The notes beneath the pieces were generated by a model. That model was not told the origin of the DNA and searched no databases. It saw nothing but the letters and a program-made list of their open reading frames with translations. From assembly GCA_045863235.1 (NCBI GenBank), contig BTUM01000014.1, forward strand, positions 32,001 through 96,000: DNA of 64,000 nt, written 5' to 3'. The translations under genes were made by a program, and so were the position numbers. The DNA comes from Candidatus Xenobia bacterium. Its GTDB lineage: Bacteria > Vulcanimicrobiota > Xenobia > Xenobiales > QWHO01. Shown in pieces: positions 40,227 to 50,630 of the stretch. Position 1 is the stretch's first letter, and every line of letters begins with the position of its first letter.

Positions 40227-41035
40227 CCGACCCGTGCCTCTCGCAGGGCCTGCAGCGCCAGCTCCGGAAGCCGCATCTGGCCGAGCTCGGCTGAGCCTCC
40301 CGGCCCGTGAAAGTCGGAGCCCCCGGTGGTCAGCAGGCCGTGACGCCGAGCCAGAGAGAGAAAGTGGGCGATCTGCTCGCTCGAGTGCGCCGGGTAATAG
40401 ACCTCCAATCCGCGCAAACCACCCTGGACGTAACCGGCCAGGAACTCGTCGGTGCCGATCAAACCGGGATGGGCCAACACCGGCAACCCGCCGGCCGCGG
40501 TGATGACCTCGATAGCCTCCTGGGGTCGCAGGCTGTAGCGAGGCACGTAAGCCGGTTGTCCCTGGGCCAGGTAGCGGTCGAAGGCCTGGTTGACGTCCGC
40601 CGCCAACCCGCGGGCCACGAGCGCGCGGGCCAGATGGGGCCGGCCCATGCTGGGGCCCCGCGCGAAGGCCCGCACATCCTCCATCCCGAGACCCAGGCCC
40701 AGGCTCTGCAGCCGCTCCACCATCTGGGCGACCCGACCCTCGCGAGCGGTGCGAATCCGGGCCAGGACCGCCTGCATGGCGGCGTGGTTGGGGTCGATGA
40801 AATAGCCGAGCACGTGCACTTCGTAAGGCCCGGGCTCAGAGCAGTTCATCTCGATGGCCGGCCACAGCTCGAGGCGGCCCGCGGCCGCCTGGCGGGCTGG
40901 CCCGATGGCGTCCGTGGTATCGTGGTCGGTGATGGCCAACAGCTCGACTCCTTGCGCCAGAGCCCGCTCGACCAGCTCGGCTGGCGAGAGGGTCCCATCG
41001 GAGGCTGTGGTGTGGCAGTGCAGCTCGGTGATCAT
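40223..41035 (-). CDS. PHP-domain phosphoesterase (YciV/TrpH-like)
   Basis: LHCHTTASDG, ITDHDT, GRPHLA, LAHPG and GGSDFHG motifs. Confidence 0.9.
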   Translation of the reverse strand: MITELHCHTTASDGTLSPAELVERALAQGVELLAITDHDTTDAIGPARQAAAGRLELWPAIEMNCSEPGPYEVHVLGYFIDPNHAAMQAVLARIRTAREGRVAQMVERLQSLGLGLGMEDVRAFARGPSMGRPHLARALVARGLAADVNQAFDRYLAQGQPAYVPRYSLRPQEAIEVITAAGGLPVLAHPGLIGTDEFLAGYVQGGLRGLEVYYPAHSSEQIAHFLSLARRHGLLTTGGSDFHGPGGSAELGQMRLPELALQALREARVG

Positions 41036-41844
41036 CCCCGCCCCAAACGACGTACCAGGCGCTGAATCGAATGAGCTCGGCCCTTCGGTCCGACCTCCAC
41101 CAGAGTGGCCATCAAGGCGGCGTCCCCGCCGGCCACCTCGGCCTTGTGGGGCATCCCCGTCAAGAAGCGCTTCAAGGCGATGTCGGCGTTCATCCCGATC
41201 ACCGAGTCGAGGGGCCCGGTCATTCCCACGTCGGTCTGATAGGCCGTCCCCCCCGGAAGCAGGCATTCGTCGGCGGTGGGAACGTGGGTGTGGGTGCCCA
41301 GCACCGCGCTGACGCGTCCATCCACGTAGCGACCGTAGGCGATCTTCTCCGAGGTGGCCTCGGCGTGAAAATCGACCAGCACCGTCGTGCCCGCGGGCAG
41401 GCCCTGCAAGATTTCGTCCCCCACCCGAAAGGGACAATCGAGAAAGTTGGGCATGTAGACCCGTCCCATCAAGTTGAGCACGGCTACCGGCCGCCCTCCC
41501 CGGGCCTGGCCGCGAAAGAGCCCGACTCCCGGTGCACCGGGAGGGTAATTGGCCGGTCGGATCAGGCGCGGCTCCAGGTCGAGGAACTTGCCGATCTCGC
41601 GCCGAGCCCAGGTGTGATTGCCCAGCGTCACGCAGTCGGCCCCGGCCTCGAACAGCTCGGTGGCCATCGGCCTGGTGATGCCGGCCCCCTGGGCGGCATT
41701 CTCGCCGTTCACCACCGTGAAGTCGACCTCCAGCTCGTCCAGCAGGTCGGGCAGTAACTGCGTCACCGCCTCGCGGCCCGGCCGGCCGACCACGTCCCCC
41801 ACCATCAGGATCCGGAGCAGCTCAATCGCCCCCTTCGGAAGCAT
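41032..41844 (-). CDS. ymdB: YmdB-family metallophosphoesterase (start may be ~25 nt downstream)
   Basis: GDVVGRPGR, NGENAA, GNH, DFHAEATSEK, GTHTHV and DVGMTG motifs; linked to rny. Confidence 0.92.
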   Translation of the reverse strand: MLPKGAIELLRILMVGDVVGRPGREAVTQLLPDLLDELEVDFTVVNGENAAQGAGITRPMATELFEAGADCVTLGNHTWARREIGKFLDLEPRLIRPANYPPGAPGVGLFRGQARGGRPVAVLNLMGRVYMPNFLDCPFRVGDEILQGLPAGTTVLVDFHAEATSEKIAYGRYVDGRVSAVLGTHTHVPTADECLLPGGTAYQTDVGMTGPLDSVIGMNADIALKRFLTGMPHKAEVAGGDAALMATLVEVGPKGRAHSIQRLVRRLGRG

Positions 41845-42382
41845 AGATCAACACCCGCATGTCGTCGCGAAAACCGGTCAGGTCGACCTCCTGCGACTGC
41901 CCGCGGACCAGCTCCAGGCTGCGGTGCACCAGATCGTCTTGATACTCCTCGTCGTCTTCTTGCATCTCCTCGTTGATCGCCAGGTCACGGCCGAAGCGAT
42001 CCGAGACCAGGGAAACCACCAGCGAGAGCTCCTCCACGGTCATGCTCTCCACGTCGCGCACGATCTGGATCGAATCCACCTCTTGCGATCCCTCCTCGCC
42101 CGAGTGCTCGAAACTGCCGCGACGCGTATCGGTGCGGCGAAACTGAGTCTCGCGGGCGCGCACCCGCTGGAGTGAGAAGAAAACCTCCCACGACAGGCGC
42201 AAATTCTCTTCGAACTCGCTCAGCTCTGCTTTCTTCAGGCGACGGGTCAGATAGAAGTCGAGCGCCAGCAACTGGCCGTTGTGGGTGAGCGTAGCCGAGC
42301 CGACCTCCGGAAAGCGCACCAGCAGAGCAGTGAGGAAGTTGACTCCCTCGGAGGAGTCACTGCTCGAGCGCCGCTCCATCAC
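41822..42382 (-). CDS. Hypothetical protein
   Basis: Coupled to rny and lies between rny and ymdB; LLVRFPEV motif. Confidence 0.7.
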   Translation of the reverse strand: MMERRSSSDSSEGVNFLTALLVRFPEVGSATLTHNGQLLALDFYLTRRLKKAELSEFEENLRLSWEVFFSLQRVRARETQFRRTDTRRGSFEHSGEEGSQEVDSIQIVRDVESMTVEELSLVVSLVSDRFGRDLAINEEMQEDDEEYQDDLVHRSLELVRGQSQEVDLTGFRDDMRVLIYASEGGD

Positions 42383-43923
42383 CGGGCGAACTCAAACGAC
42401 CGGGTCTCTCGGATCACGGTCACCTTGATCTGGCCAGGATAGTCCAGGTCTTCCTCGATCTTCTTGGCCACCTCCCGGGCCAGCCGCGTGGCTCCCAGGT
42501 CATCCACCACGTCGGGCTTCACCAGGATGCGCACCTCGCGCCCGGCCTGGATGGCGTAGGTCTGCTCGACACCCTGGAACGACTCGCACAGCTTCTCCAG
42601 CTTCTCCAGCCGCTTGACGTAGGTCTCTACGTTCTCGCGGCGGGCACCGGGACGCGCCGCCGAGATGGCGTCGCAGGCCTGTACCAGCATGGCTTCGATG
42701 GTCCGCTGCTCGACGTCCTCGTGGTGGGCTTCCACCGCGTGCACCACTTCCGGGCTCTCACCATACTTCTGGCAGAAGCGAGCCCCGATGATCGCGTGAG
42801 GGCCCTCGATCTCCGCCGTGAGGGCCTTGCCGATGTCGTGCAGCAACCCGGCTCGCTTGGCGGTCTCGATGTCAGCGCCGAGCTCGGCGGCCATGTGCGA
42901 GCAGAGGAAGCTCACTTCCAACGAGTGGTAGAGGACGTTCTGGCTGTAGGAGGTGCGGAAGCGCAGCCGCCCGAGCAGCTTGACCAGCTCGGGGTGGAGC
43001 CCGGAGACCCCGGCCTCCATCACCGCCTTCTCGCCCTCGGACACGATGCGATCGTCCATCTCCTTGCGCGAGCGCTCCACCATCTCCTCGATCCGCGCGG
43101 GATGGATGCGCCCGTCCTGCACCAGCTTCTCAAGCGCCATGCGGGCGACCTCACGGCGGATGGGATCGAACCCGGACAGGATCACCGCTTCCGGCGTATC
43201 GTCGATGATCAGGTCGACCCCCGTCAGGCTCTCGAGCATGCGGATGTTGCGACCCTCACGGCCGATGATGCGCCCCTTCATCTCGTCGGACGGCAGGTTG
43301 ACCACCGAGACGGTGGATTCGACCACTTGATCGGTCGCCCACTTCTGAATGGCCGTGGTGATGATCCGCCGGGCCCGCCGATCGGCCTCCTCGCGCGCCG
43401 CCTCCTCGCCCTGACGAATGCGCATGCCCAGAGCAAGCTGGTTCTCGCGCTCGACCTGAGCGAACAGCTCCTCCCTGGCCTGGTCGGCGGTCAGCCGGGC
43501 CAGCTCTTCCAGACGCTTGCCAAAGCTCTGCTCTCGGGACTCGAGCTCGAGCTTGAGACGCCCGAGCTCCTCCTCGCGGTCCGTGGTCTTCTGCTCACGC
43601 CGCTCGAGTTGCGCGACCTTGCGGTCCAGACCCTCCTCGCGCTGCACCAGCCGCTTTTCGGCTTGTTGCAGCTCGTTTCGACGCTCTTCACGCTCTCGCT
43701 CGGCTTCCGTGCGCAGCTTCAGAATCTCGTCCTTGGCCTCGATCAAGCGTTCTTTCTTGATCGCTTCGGCCTCGCGACGCGCCTCCTCCAGCAGCTTCTC
43801 GGCATCCTGCTGACCCTCGACCTTTTTGCCCGAGCCACCGCGCAGCGCGAAGGCCTGACCCAGAGCAAACCCCACCGCCAGTCCGAGGAGCAGGGCCATG
43901 GACACAAATACAGGGTTGGGGAT
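42379..43923 (-). CDS. rny: Ribonuclease Y (start uncertain, 43899-43923)
   Basis: N-terminal TM, coiled coil, KH domain ([13 protein letters not shown]) and HD domain (LLHDIGK). Confidence 0.95.
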   Translation of the reverse strand: MPNPVFVSMALLLGLAVGFALGQAFALRGGSGKKVEGQQDAEKLLEEARREAEAIKKERLIEAKDEILKLRTEAEREREERRNELQQAEKRLVQREEGLDRKVAQLERREQKTTDREEELGRLKLELESREQSFGKRLEELARLTADQAREELFAQVERENQLALGMRIRQGEEAAREEADRRARRIITTAIQKWATDQVVESTVSVVNLPSDEMKGRIIGREGRNIRMLESLTGVDLIIDDTPEAVILSGFDPIRREVARMALEKLVQDGRIHPARIEEMVERSRKEMDDRIVSEGEKAVMEAGVSGLHPELVKLLGRLRFRTSYSQNVLYHSLEVSFLCSHMAAELGADIETAKRAGLLHDIGKALTAEIEGPHAIIGARFCQKYGESPEVVHAVEAHHEDVEQRTIEAMLVQACDAISAARPGARRENVETYVKRLEKLEKLCESFQGVEQTYAIQAGREVRILVKPDVVDDLGATRLAREVAKKIEEDLDYPGQIKVTVIRETRSFEFAR

Positions 43924-44032
43924 GGCCCTCCACCTCCTATCCGGTTCCCGCAAAGGTTCACCGGTGAACGCCCCGTTTCGCACGGGGCAGGGAATTCTGA
44001 TCCGTCCTTCGCTCGCTGCTCGTCGCGGTCCT

Positions 44033-44491
44033 TTAGTGGAAACGGACGGCTACCAGCTGATCCCAATCCAGAACGGGCGCCTGGGGGCTGGAGCGGTTGA
44101 AACGCTGCTGGAGCTGCTTGGCGAAGACCAGCAACGCGTTAAAGGTCTCGTCGCGAAAGGCGCCCGCCTTGACGCGGTTGTCGGCATACAGCAAACCGAC
44201 GGTCTGGTCGGCTCCGTTCTTGATCGGCACCCCGATGAAGGCTCGAATCTCCGCCAGCATGACGCTGGTTCGCTGGCTCAGGCTGGGGTCGTTGGAGGCG
44301 TCGATGGAGTTGAGCGGCTCGCTGGCCTCGAGTGCCTGACGCAAGATGTGATGGCTGATCGGGGCCGCCAGCCAGAGCTGCTCGGCCTCAAGACCGTGCA
44401 CTCTGCCCGCGGACCCGAGCACGACCAGGGCCCGTTCGGGCTTGAGGTGCTCGAGAAGGTAGTCCATCGCCTCGTCGATCAGTTCCGACAT
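44033..44491 (-). CDS. Standalone GAF domain protein
   Basis: DASNDP...SVM...FIGVPI...GLLYADNR...F pattern. Confidence 0.75.
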   Translation of the reverse strand: MSELIDEAMDYLLEHLKPERALVVLGSAGRVHGLEAEQLWLAAPISHHILRQALEASEPLNSIDASNDPSLSQRTSVMLAEIRAFIGVPIKNGADQTVGLLYADNRVKAGAFRDETFNALLVFAKQLQQRFNRSSPQAPVLDWDQLVAVRFH

Positions 44492-44530
44492 GAGCTAGGA
44501 CGTTTGAGTCTTCTCCGAGGAATCCCTCCC

Positions 44531-45364
44531 TCAGGCACAGACCGCCCCCAGCACCTCGTCGCAGAGCACCACACTCTGGCCCCCCTCCGCCCCCACCACC
44601 CGGAGATCGCAGTGCAGGGGAGCTCCCCAGCCCCCATCCAGGGAGGTCACCGCATAAAGGATTCGGCTGCCATCGGGAGTCAAGGCGGGGCGCCGATATT
44701 CGGGATAATCGTAGACCCGCTCTTCACCAGCGCTGTGCTTGACCAGTCGATCGCTGCCGGTGTGAAGCTCGAGCACCCGCAGCTGGCAGCCGTGGGCGTC
44801 GGGACGCAGATAGACAAGCTGGGACCCGTCGCGAGAGACGGAGAACTGCTCGAAGGTGCCCCGGGCCAGCTCCACCAACGACCCGTCCGGCTCGAGCCGG
44901 TGCAGAGCGTCACGGTCGGCCATCAACAGCTGGCCCTCGGGCGTGTAGGCGAGGTGGCGAGGCACCCGCTGCCCCAGCTCCTGGCATCGGGGCGAGCGCC
45001 CCGGAGCGACCCGATAGAGCGAATCGTCGGCCACGAAAGCCCACTCTTTCCCGTCTGGCCTGGCTGCAAACTCGTCGATGTCGTTGCGCAGCAGGACGGG
45101 CCTGGCGAGGCCATCCTGGAAGCGATAAAGACCGGCCCGCTCACGCTCGCTGTGATAGCCGACCGAGCCGTCGCTCAAGGCGATGGGATGGCGCTCGTCG
45201 GAGGACGAGTCGACCAGCGCCCGCAGGCGATGGACCCGATCGAGCGCAGGCTCGCTCGCCTGGTAGTACTCGGCCCGGTACAGGTCGGCCGGTCGGCCCT
45301 GGTCGATCAAGGGCTGAGGGACCTCGAGCAAGAGTGGAAAGCGTTTCCCGACGGGTTGAATCAT
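44531..45364 (-). CDS. Hypothetical beta-propeller (TolB-like) protein
   Basis: Repeated PDG/RDGS blade turns (RPDGKEWAFV, SRDGSQLVY, TPDGSRILY). Confidence 0.6.
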   Translation of the reverse strand: MIQPVGKRFPLLLEVPQPLIDQGRPADLYRAEYYQASEPALDRVHRLRALVDSSSDERHPIALSDGSVGYHSERERAGLYRFQDGLARPVLLRNDIDEFAARPDGKEWAFVADDSLYRVAPGRSPRCQELGQRVPRHLAYTPEGQLLMADRDALHRLEPDGSLVELARGTFEQFSVSRDGSQLVYLRPDAHGCQLRVLELHTGSDRLVKHSAGEERVYDYPEYRRPALTPDGSRILYAVTSLDGGWGAPLHCDLRVVGAEGGQSVVLCDEVLGAVCA

Positions 45365-45583
45365 TGTTCACGCACCTCATTGCTGGATGTGGCGGCGCAC
45401 GGGACAAGCCCTGCACCCGGTTCATCATGCAGGCCGGGCAGGTTCGATTTCCGCCTTCGGCGTGATCGGGACGTAAACAGAGGGTGTCCGGAAAGTTAAA
45501 TCCAGATGAACGAGTCCTGGCGGCTCAGCTTTTTTTCAGCCTCCGGCTCTACCCTGATCGGAGTAGTGCTCGGAGGGTATCCC

Positions 45584-47968
45584 ATGGACGTGCAGCTCGT
45601 CAGACCGCGGCCGATCCCCAGCTCCGTCACCCGTAGCAGCGGGGTCGTCAGCCAGGCCGAACCGGAAAAGCTCGACGCCGATGATTATCGGCCTCGCCAC
45701 CTGGGCAAAACACTGGCCCGCGTGGGTGGGTGGACCCTGCCGGTGGCCGGAGGCGTTCTGGCCTATATCGCGGCGAGCTCTGCCAACCCCTGGGCGGGCG
45801 CCGCCGTTGGAGCGCCGGTGGGTCTGGCGGTGGGGCTGGCCATCGGCGGGGCGGCCGACCTGATGAAGTCCTTCGGGGGCAGCAGCCGGGGCGTGGGGCG
45901 AGCCACCGTCCTGGGAACCCTGATCGGAGGAGCCATCACCGGTGGTCTCTCGGCCTGGCTGGTAGGCAGCGGAGTCGGTTGGGGCATTCCCGTGATGGCC
46001 GGGGTGGGCGTGCTGCAGGGCGCCGCATTGGGCGGACTGGTGCATCTGCTCACTCGCCCACGCGAGACCGAGGCCCAGCGCCTGGTCGAGCGCATCAATG
46101 AGGATCCGGCCAAATACAATGCTCCCAAAGCCAAGCCATATCTCGACGCCATCCACGACCTCGAGAAGCGGGGCTGGGACGTGAGCGGGCACACGCTGCT
46201 CGACTATCAGGTCAAGCCTGACCCCAACCTGACCGTCTCGGTCTCGGAGAAGTCCGGCTCCTCCAATGACATCCCCATCGAGCAGCTGCCAACCCTGATC
46301 AAGGTGCTCAACGGCGAGCAGGCCAGCCTGCCGCACTCGGAGCTCTTCCAGCGCCTGAGCGACCGTCCCCTCATCAGCCAGGCCCGAGCGGCCAACCTGC
46401 CTTATGGCGGTGTTCCTCCCGCCGAGAGCAAAGGCTGGTGGCAGGTGGAGCACACCAAGGCCTACCACGACCTCAAGGAAGGCAAGGCGCTCCACTACGC
46501 TCACCGGGAGATCACCTTCACCTACGATCCGGCCGCCCCGCCCCCGCTGGACGAGTTCATCCAGGACGCCAAGGAGACGGCTGAGACGTACGAACGGGCT
46601 TTCCGGCCAGCCATCCAGACCTACAGACTGGATGCCTCGCAAGGTCAGGCTCTGTGCAACACCATGGTCGAGCTGGCCGAAGCGAAGCGCTTTCCCGACC
46701 TGGCCAGCGCCGGCCAGGCCATGGCCCGCTGGGCCAACCAGAGCGAAGGGTCCTCCAGCGAGAACACCAAGGCTTTGCTCTCGCTCCTCTCCCCGGGACG
46801 CCCCCCCGAGACCCTGGCTTTGATGGACAGCCTGGTTCCGGACTTCGGTCTGGTCCAGACCGTTCGGGCGGCCGACTATCTCAGCACCCGCCTGCCCTTG
46901 CTGGGTCCGTCCGAGCAGGCCGGAGCCCGCGACCGCTTTATCCGCCTGGCCGGGTCGCTGGGCGAGGTGGAGCAGGCGGTGCGCATGGATGGTATTCTGG
47001 GCGCGATGAGCGCTCCCGTCTACGACCACTATCTCGGCGTCTGCGAGCAACTGGCCGAGAAAGGAGGCGAGCGCAAGCCAAAGGACCTGTTGCTCGATTT
47101 TGCGATGCTGGGGGCCTACGCCCAGACGCCTCATGACCTGCAGGTCCAGGCCCACGAATTCTCCCGATTGCTCGAGCCCCTGGCTGCCGCCGGTCAGGCC
47201 GACCAGGCGGCCCCCGTGTACGCTTTCCTCAAGAGCCATAAGCTCTCTCCCGATGGCTTCCTGACCACCATGGAGCAGACAAAGGATGCCCGGGCAGCCT
47301 GCCAGCAGCTCTCCGGGTCCCAACCGGGACCGGCCAGCACCCTGGCCATCGACGAGAAAACCTATGAGCCGGTGCTGGGCTACTCGGCCCGCCAGGCCGT
47401 CCAGCATCTCGAGCAAGAGCGAGGCCATCTCGATGCGGCTGGCTTTGAGCGTTACCGCAGGACCTTCGACCGGGTGCTGAACGCTTCCACCGACCTGGAG
47501 GTGGCCAAGCGCGCCAGTGGAGTGCTGCAAAACCTGCCCCCCAACCGGGCCGAGGTCCACCTGGGATTGATGGAGGACCTGACCCGCCGTCGGGGTGAGG
47601 CCAGTCCTTCCGTGCTGATCGACTACCTGTGCACCGTCACCGGCCGATTGCCGGGCCAGACCCTGCAGGACGCCGCCCGCGAGTACGGCGACCTGCTCGG
47701 AGGGTGCGCGGGCGCAGGTCTGGCCGACGAGGCGGCCCCCACCTTCGCCCTGATCCGCGACGGCATCGCCAACGGCAAAGCCGGCAAGGACACCGTGCGC
47801 GACCTGACCGACCGCTACGTGAAGTCGCTCCTGCTCACCAAAGACGGCGAGAAATCGCGCCACCTCATCTTTACCGGGGAGGCCCACAGCTCGGTTCAGG
47901 AGGACCAGTCCGGCGTGACCGTGGGCGGCGTGCGCATTCGTCGACGCCCCGGCGCGAGGGGAGAATGA
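45584..47968 (+). CDS. Large hypothetical protein with glycine-rich TM region and helical internal repeat
   Basis: GGAGGG SD, four Gly-rich hydrophobic helices, long ORF coupled to thrC. Confidence 0.7.
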   Translation: MDVQLVRPRPIPSSVTRSSGVVSQAEPEKLDADDYRPRHLGKTLARVGGWTLPVAGGVLAYIAASSANPWAGAAVGAPVGLAVGLAIGGAADLMKSFGGSSRGVGRATVLGTLIGGAITGGLSAWLVGSGVGWGIPVMAGVGVLQGAALGGLVHLLTRPRETEAQRLVERINEDPAKYNAPKAKPYLDAIHDLEKRGWDVSGHTLLDYQVKPDPNLTVSVSEKSGSSNDIPIEQLPTLIKVLNGEQASLPHSELFQRLSDRPLISQARAANLPYGGVPPAESKGWWQVEHTKAYHDLKEGKALHYAHREITFTYDPAAPPPLDEFIQDAKETAETYERAFRPAIQTYRLDASQGQALCNTMVELAEAKRFPDLASAGQAMARWANQSEGSSSENTKALLSLLSPGRPPETLALMDSLVPDFGLVQTVRAADYLSTRLPLLGPSEQAGARDRFIRLAGSLGEVEQAVRMDGILGAMSAPVYDHYLGVCEQLAEKGGERKPKDLLLDFAMLGAYAQTPHDLQVQAHEFSRLLEPLAAAGQADQAAPVYAFLKSHKLSPDGFLTTMEQTKDARAACQQLSGSQPGPASTLAIDEKTYEPVLGYSARQAVQHLEQERGHLDAAGFERYRRTFDRVLNASTDLEVAKRASGVLQNLPPNRAEVHLGLMEDLTRRRGEASPSVLIDYLCTVTGRLPGQTLQDAAREYGDLLGGCAGAGLADEAAPTFALIRDGIANGKAGKDTVRDLTDRYVKSLLLTKDGEKSRHLIFTGEAHSSVQEDQSGVTVGGVRIRRRPGARGE

Positions 47969-49188
47969 TCCACCTCGAGTGCACCCTGTGCTCGAAACGC
48001 TACCAACCCGGCGAAGTGCGCTACGTGTGCCCGGCCTGCGGTCCGGACGGCCTGCTCGACCCGCTCTACGACTATGAGCGCGCCCGGGGCGACTTCCCGC
48101 GCGCCCATGCGGCGGGAATCGCCCGCTACCTGTCCATCCTGCCGATCAAGAACCCGGCTCACCTTCCCCCCCTGCTGGTGGGGGGAACACCCCTGACGCG
48201 GGGCGACAGGCTGGCGCGGGAACTGGGCCTGCAGCACCTGTTCTTGAAGGAGGACAACCGCAGCCTGACCGGATCGTTCAAGGACCGGGCCAGCGCTGTG
48301 GCCGTCGCGGCCGCCCTGGACGAAGGCGAGCGGCTCATCACCGGCGCCTCCACGGGCAACGCCGCCTCTTCGCTGGCAGGCATGGCGGCGGCGCTGGGCC
48401 TGACCACGGTCATCTTCGTTCCAGCTCGAGCGCCCAGAGCCAAGATCACCCAGTTGCTGGTCTACGGGGCCCACGTCCTGCTCGTGGACGGGAGCTACGA
48501 CGACGCCTGCGACCTTTCGCTCGAGGCCACCCGGCGCTACGGCTGGTACAACCGCAACACCGGCTACAACCCGGTCTGCCTGGAGGGCAAGAAGACCGCC
48601 GCCCTGGAGATCTGGGAAGACCTTGGCCGCGAGGCCCCCGAGGCGGTCTTCGTTCCGGTAGGTGACGGCTGCATCATCGGCGGCATCGGCAAGGGCTTCA
48701 TGGATCTCCGCCGGATGGGCCTGATCGACCGCCTTCCCCGCCTCTACGGTTGCCAGGCCGAAGGCTCGGCGGTGCTGAGCAAGTGCCAGGACGGGCGCAT
48801 CGTGGCCGAGCCCGATGCTTCCACGGTGGCCGACTCGATCTGCGTGGGCTACCCCCGGGCGGCCAGCCAGGCCCTGCGGGCCGTGCGCGAGAGCCAGGGC
48901 AGCTGGCTGGTCGTGACGGACGACGAGATTCTCGAGGCCCAGCAACGGGTGGCCCGGAGCACGGGCGTGTTCGGCGAGCCCGCCTGCTCGGCCGCCGCCG
49001 CCGGGCTCTTCCAGGCCGTGGAGAAGGGCCTGGTGGGCGGCGACGAACGTATCGCCATCATCGTGACCGGCAGCGGGCTCAAGGACGTGGAAGGAGCGAT
49101 GAAGGGCCCCTGCGGCCAGGGCATTCCCGTTCCCCGCAACCCGGAGGGACTGGAGGCCGCCTTGCGGCAGATTCCGGGGCTACTTTAG
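47965..49188 (+). CDS. thrC: Threonine synthase
   Basis: CxxC zinc ribbon, TGSFKDR, ASTGNAA, EGKKT, PVGDG and TGSGLKD motifs. Confidence 0.88.
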   Translation: MIHLECTLCSKRYQPGEVRYVCPACGPDGLLDPLYDYERARGDFPRAHAAGIARYLSILPIKNPAHLPPLLVGGTPLTRGDRLARELGLQHLFLKEDNRSLTGSFKDRASAVAVAAALDEGERLITGASTGNAASSLAGMAAALGLTTVIFVPARAPRAKITQLLVYGAHVLLVDGSYDDACDLSLEATRRYGWYNRNTGYNPVCLEGKKTAALEIWEDLGREAPEAVFVPVGDGCIIGGIGKGFMDLRRMGLIDRLPRLYGCQAEGSAVLSKCQDGRIVAEPDASTVADSICVGYPRAASQALRAVRESQGSWLVVTDDEILEAQQRVARSTGVFGEPACSAAAAGLFQAVEKGLVGGDERIAIIVTGSGLKDVEGAMKGPCGQGIPVPRNPEGLEAALRQIPGLL

Positions 49189-49260
49189 GCCCGTTGCACT
49201 TATGGTGCAGTGCTTTGCGGTCAAGCGGGAACCGCCAGGCGCCGCGCGAATTTTCCCTGG

Positions 49261-49542
49261 ATGCGAGGAGAGTTCCGGGGCAACGAGTTTCCGATCACAG
49301 TCGAGGTGAACCGGCCTCAATTGCTGGGGATTGCAGCCTCGTTTCTGGCCGTGCTGCTCGCCCTGGTCGTCGTGTGGAAATGGCCGGTTCTGGGGCCGCT
49401 GGTGCTGGTCTGGCTTCCCTGCTGCCCGGTACTGGGCGTCTGGTTGGCCGAGCGCTTGACCCGGCGCCAACACGCTAACAAGTTCTGCACGCACGCCTCA
49501 GCCTCACCGTATCGCTGCGATCGGTGCGGACAGCGCCTCTGA
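49261..49542 (+). CDS. Small membrane protein with C-terminal Cys/His cluster
   Basis: Two TMs and C.H....CDRCG. Confidence 0.45.
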   Translation: MRGEFRGNEFPITVEVNRPQLLGIAASFLAVLLALVVVWKWPVLGPLVLVWLPCCPVLGVWLAERLTRRQHANKFCTHASASPYRCDRCGQRL

Positions 49543-49709
49543 TTTGCACAGGTTGGTGACGAAAGTCCGCTCCACCTGATCCGGCGCCGGGGCCCTCGGG
49601 CAACCGACTTGAGGCAGAAGGCCGTTCCCGCCCCACCCATCTGGCTGATGAAAGGAACGGTGTGTCGCGTGAGGAACCCTGTCCGACCAATTGTGGGGAG
49701 GAACCGCCC

Positions 49710-50522
49710 GTGGCCACGATCACACCCGAGATGCGAGCACTCAAGGACAAACTCAAAGCGACCTGGATGTCCGGGGATTTCCATCAGATTGCCCGCACGT
49801 ACGCTCCCGGCGCAGTGGAGTTCGTGGAGCGGCTCGCGATTCACTCCGGTATGAAGGTGCTCGACGTCGCCTGCGGCACGGGCAACCTGAGCCTGCCCGC
49901 GGCTCGCGCTGGCGCAGAGGTGACCGGGGTGGACATCGCGGCCAACCTTCTGCAGAAGGCTACCGAACTGGCGGCGCAGGAGAAGCTCAGCGCGAAGTTC
50001 GAGGAGGGGGACGCCGAGCAACTGCCCTATGCCGAAGGCTCGTTTGACGTGGTGATGACGATGTTCGGCGCCATGTTCGCGCCCCGGGCGCAGCAAACCG
50101 GTCTCGAGCTGGTGCGCGTTTGCCGCCCCGGCGGCCGCATCGCGATGGCCAACTGGACGCCCGCCGGATTCATCGGACAGATGTTCAAGCTGACCGCCTC
50201 GCACGTGGCCCCACCGCCCGGGGTCGACTCGCCGGTGGGCTGGGGCAACCGCGCCCTCGTCCCGGACCGCCTCCCGGGCGTAGCCGATCTGAAAATGACC
50301 GAGCGCCTGATCACGTTCGAGATCCCGCTCTCGCCACCCGAGGTCGTCGAGTTCTTCCGCACCTGGTACGGACCCACGATGCGCGCTTTTGCTGCCCTGG
50401 ATGGCGAGAAACAGGTTGCCCTTCGGCACGATCTCGAGGAGCTTTGGGCGGGACACAACCAGGCCAAGGACGGAACCACGCGCGTGGAATCGGAGTATCT
50501 GGAGGTCATTGCCACGCGTTGA
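49710..50522 (+). CDS. Class I SAM-dependent methyltransferase
   Basis: VLDVACGTG, GDAEQLPY..SFDVV and RVCRPGG motifs; GGAGG SD. Confidence 0.9.
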   Translation: MATITPEMRALKDKLKATWMSGDFHQIARTYAPGAVEFVERLAIHSGMKVLDVACGTGNLSLPAARAGAEVTGVDIAANLLQKATELAAQEKLSAKFEEGDAEQLPYAEGSFDVVMTMFGAMFAPRAQQTGLELVRVCRPGGRIAMANWTPAGFIGQMFKLTASHVAPPPGVDSPVGWGNRALVPDRLPGVADLKMTERLITFEIPLSPPEVVEFFRTWYGPTMRAFAALDGEKQVALRHDLEELWAGHNQAKDGTTRVESEYLEVIATR

Positions 50523-50630
50523 GCTGGGATCTTGTCGCTCACCCGGGAGTAATAGCCAGAACGAGACTCTGTCTCACGGAGAGGACCCGCAAGCTCGTTC
50601 TCGGATGACTTGCCCGCTACGACCGCAGAG

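Noticed and set aside
45536..47887. Long antisense ORFs (also 5174-6625, 12702-14312, 29285-30526, 53256-54950)
   Set aside because: High-GC shadow frames opposite well-supported genes.
49194..49210. TGCAC-TTATG-GTGCA as a family 1 repeat copy
   Set aside because: Too short and in a different arrangement; may be chance.
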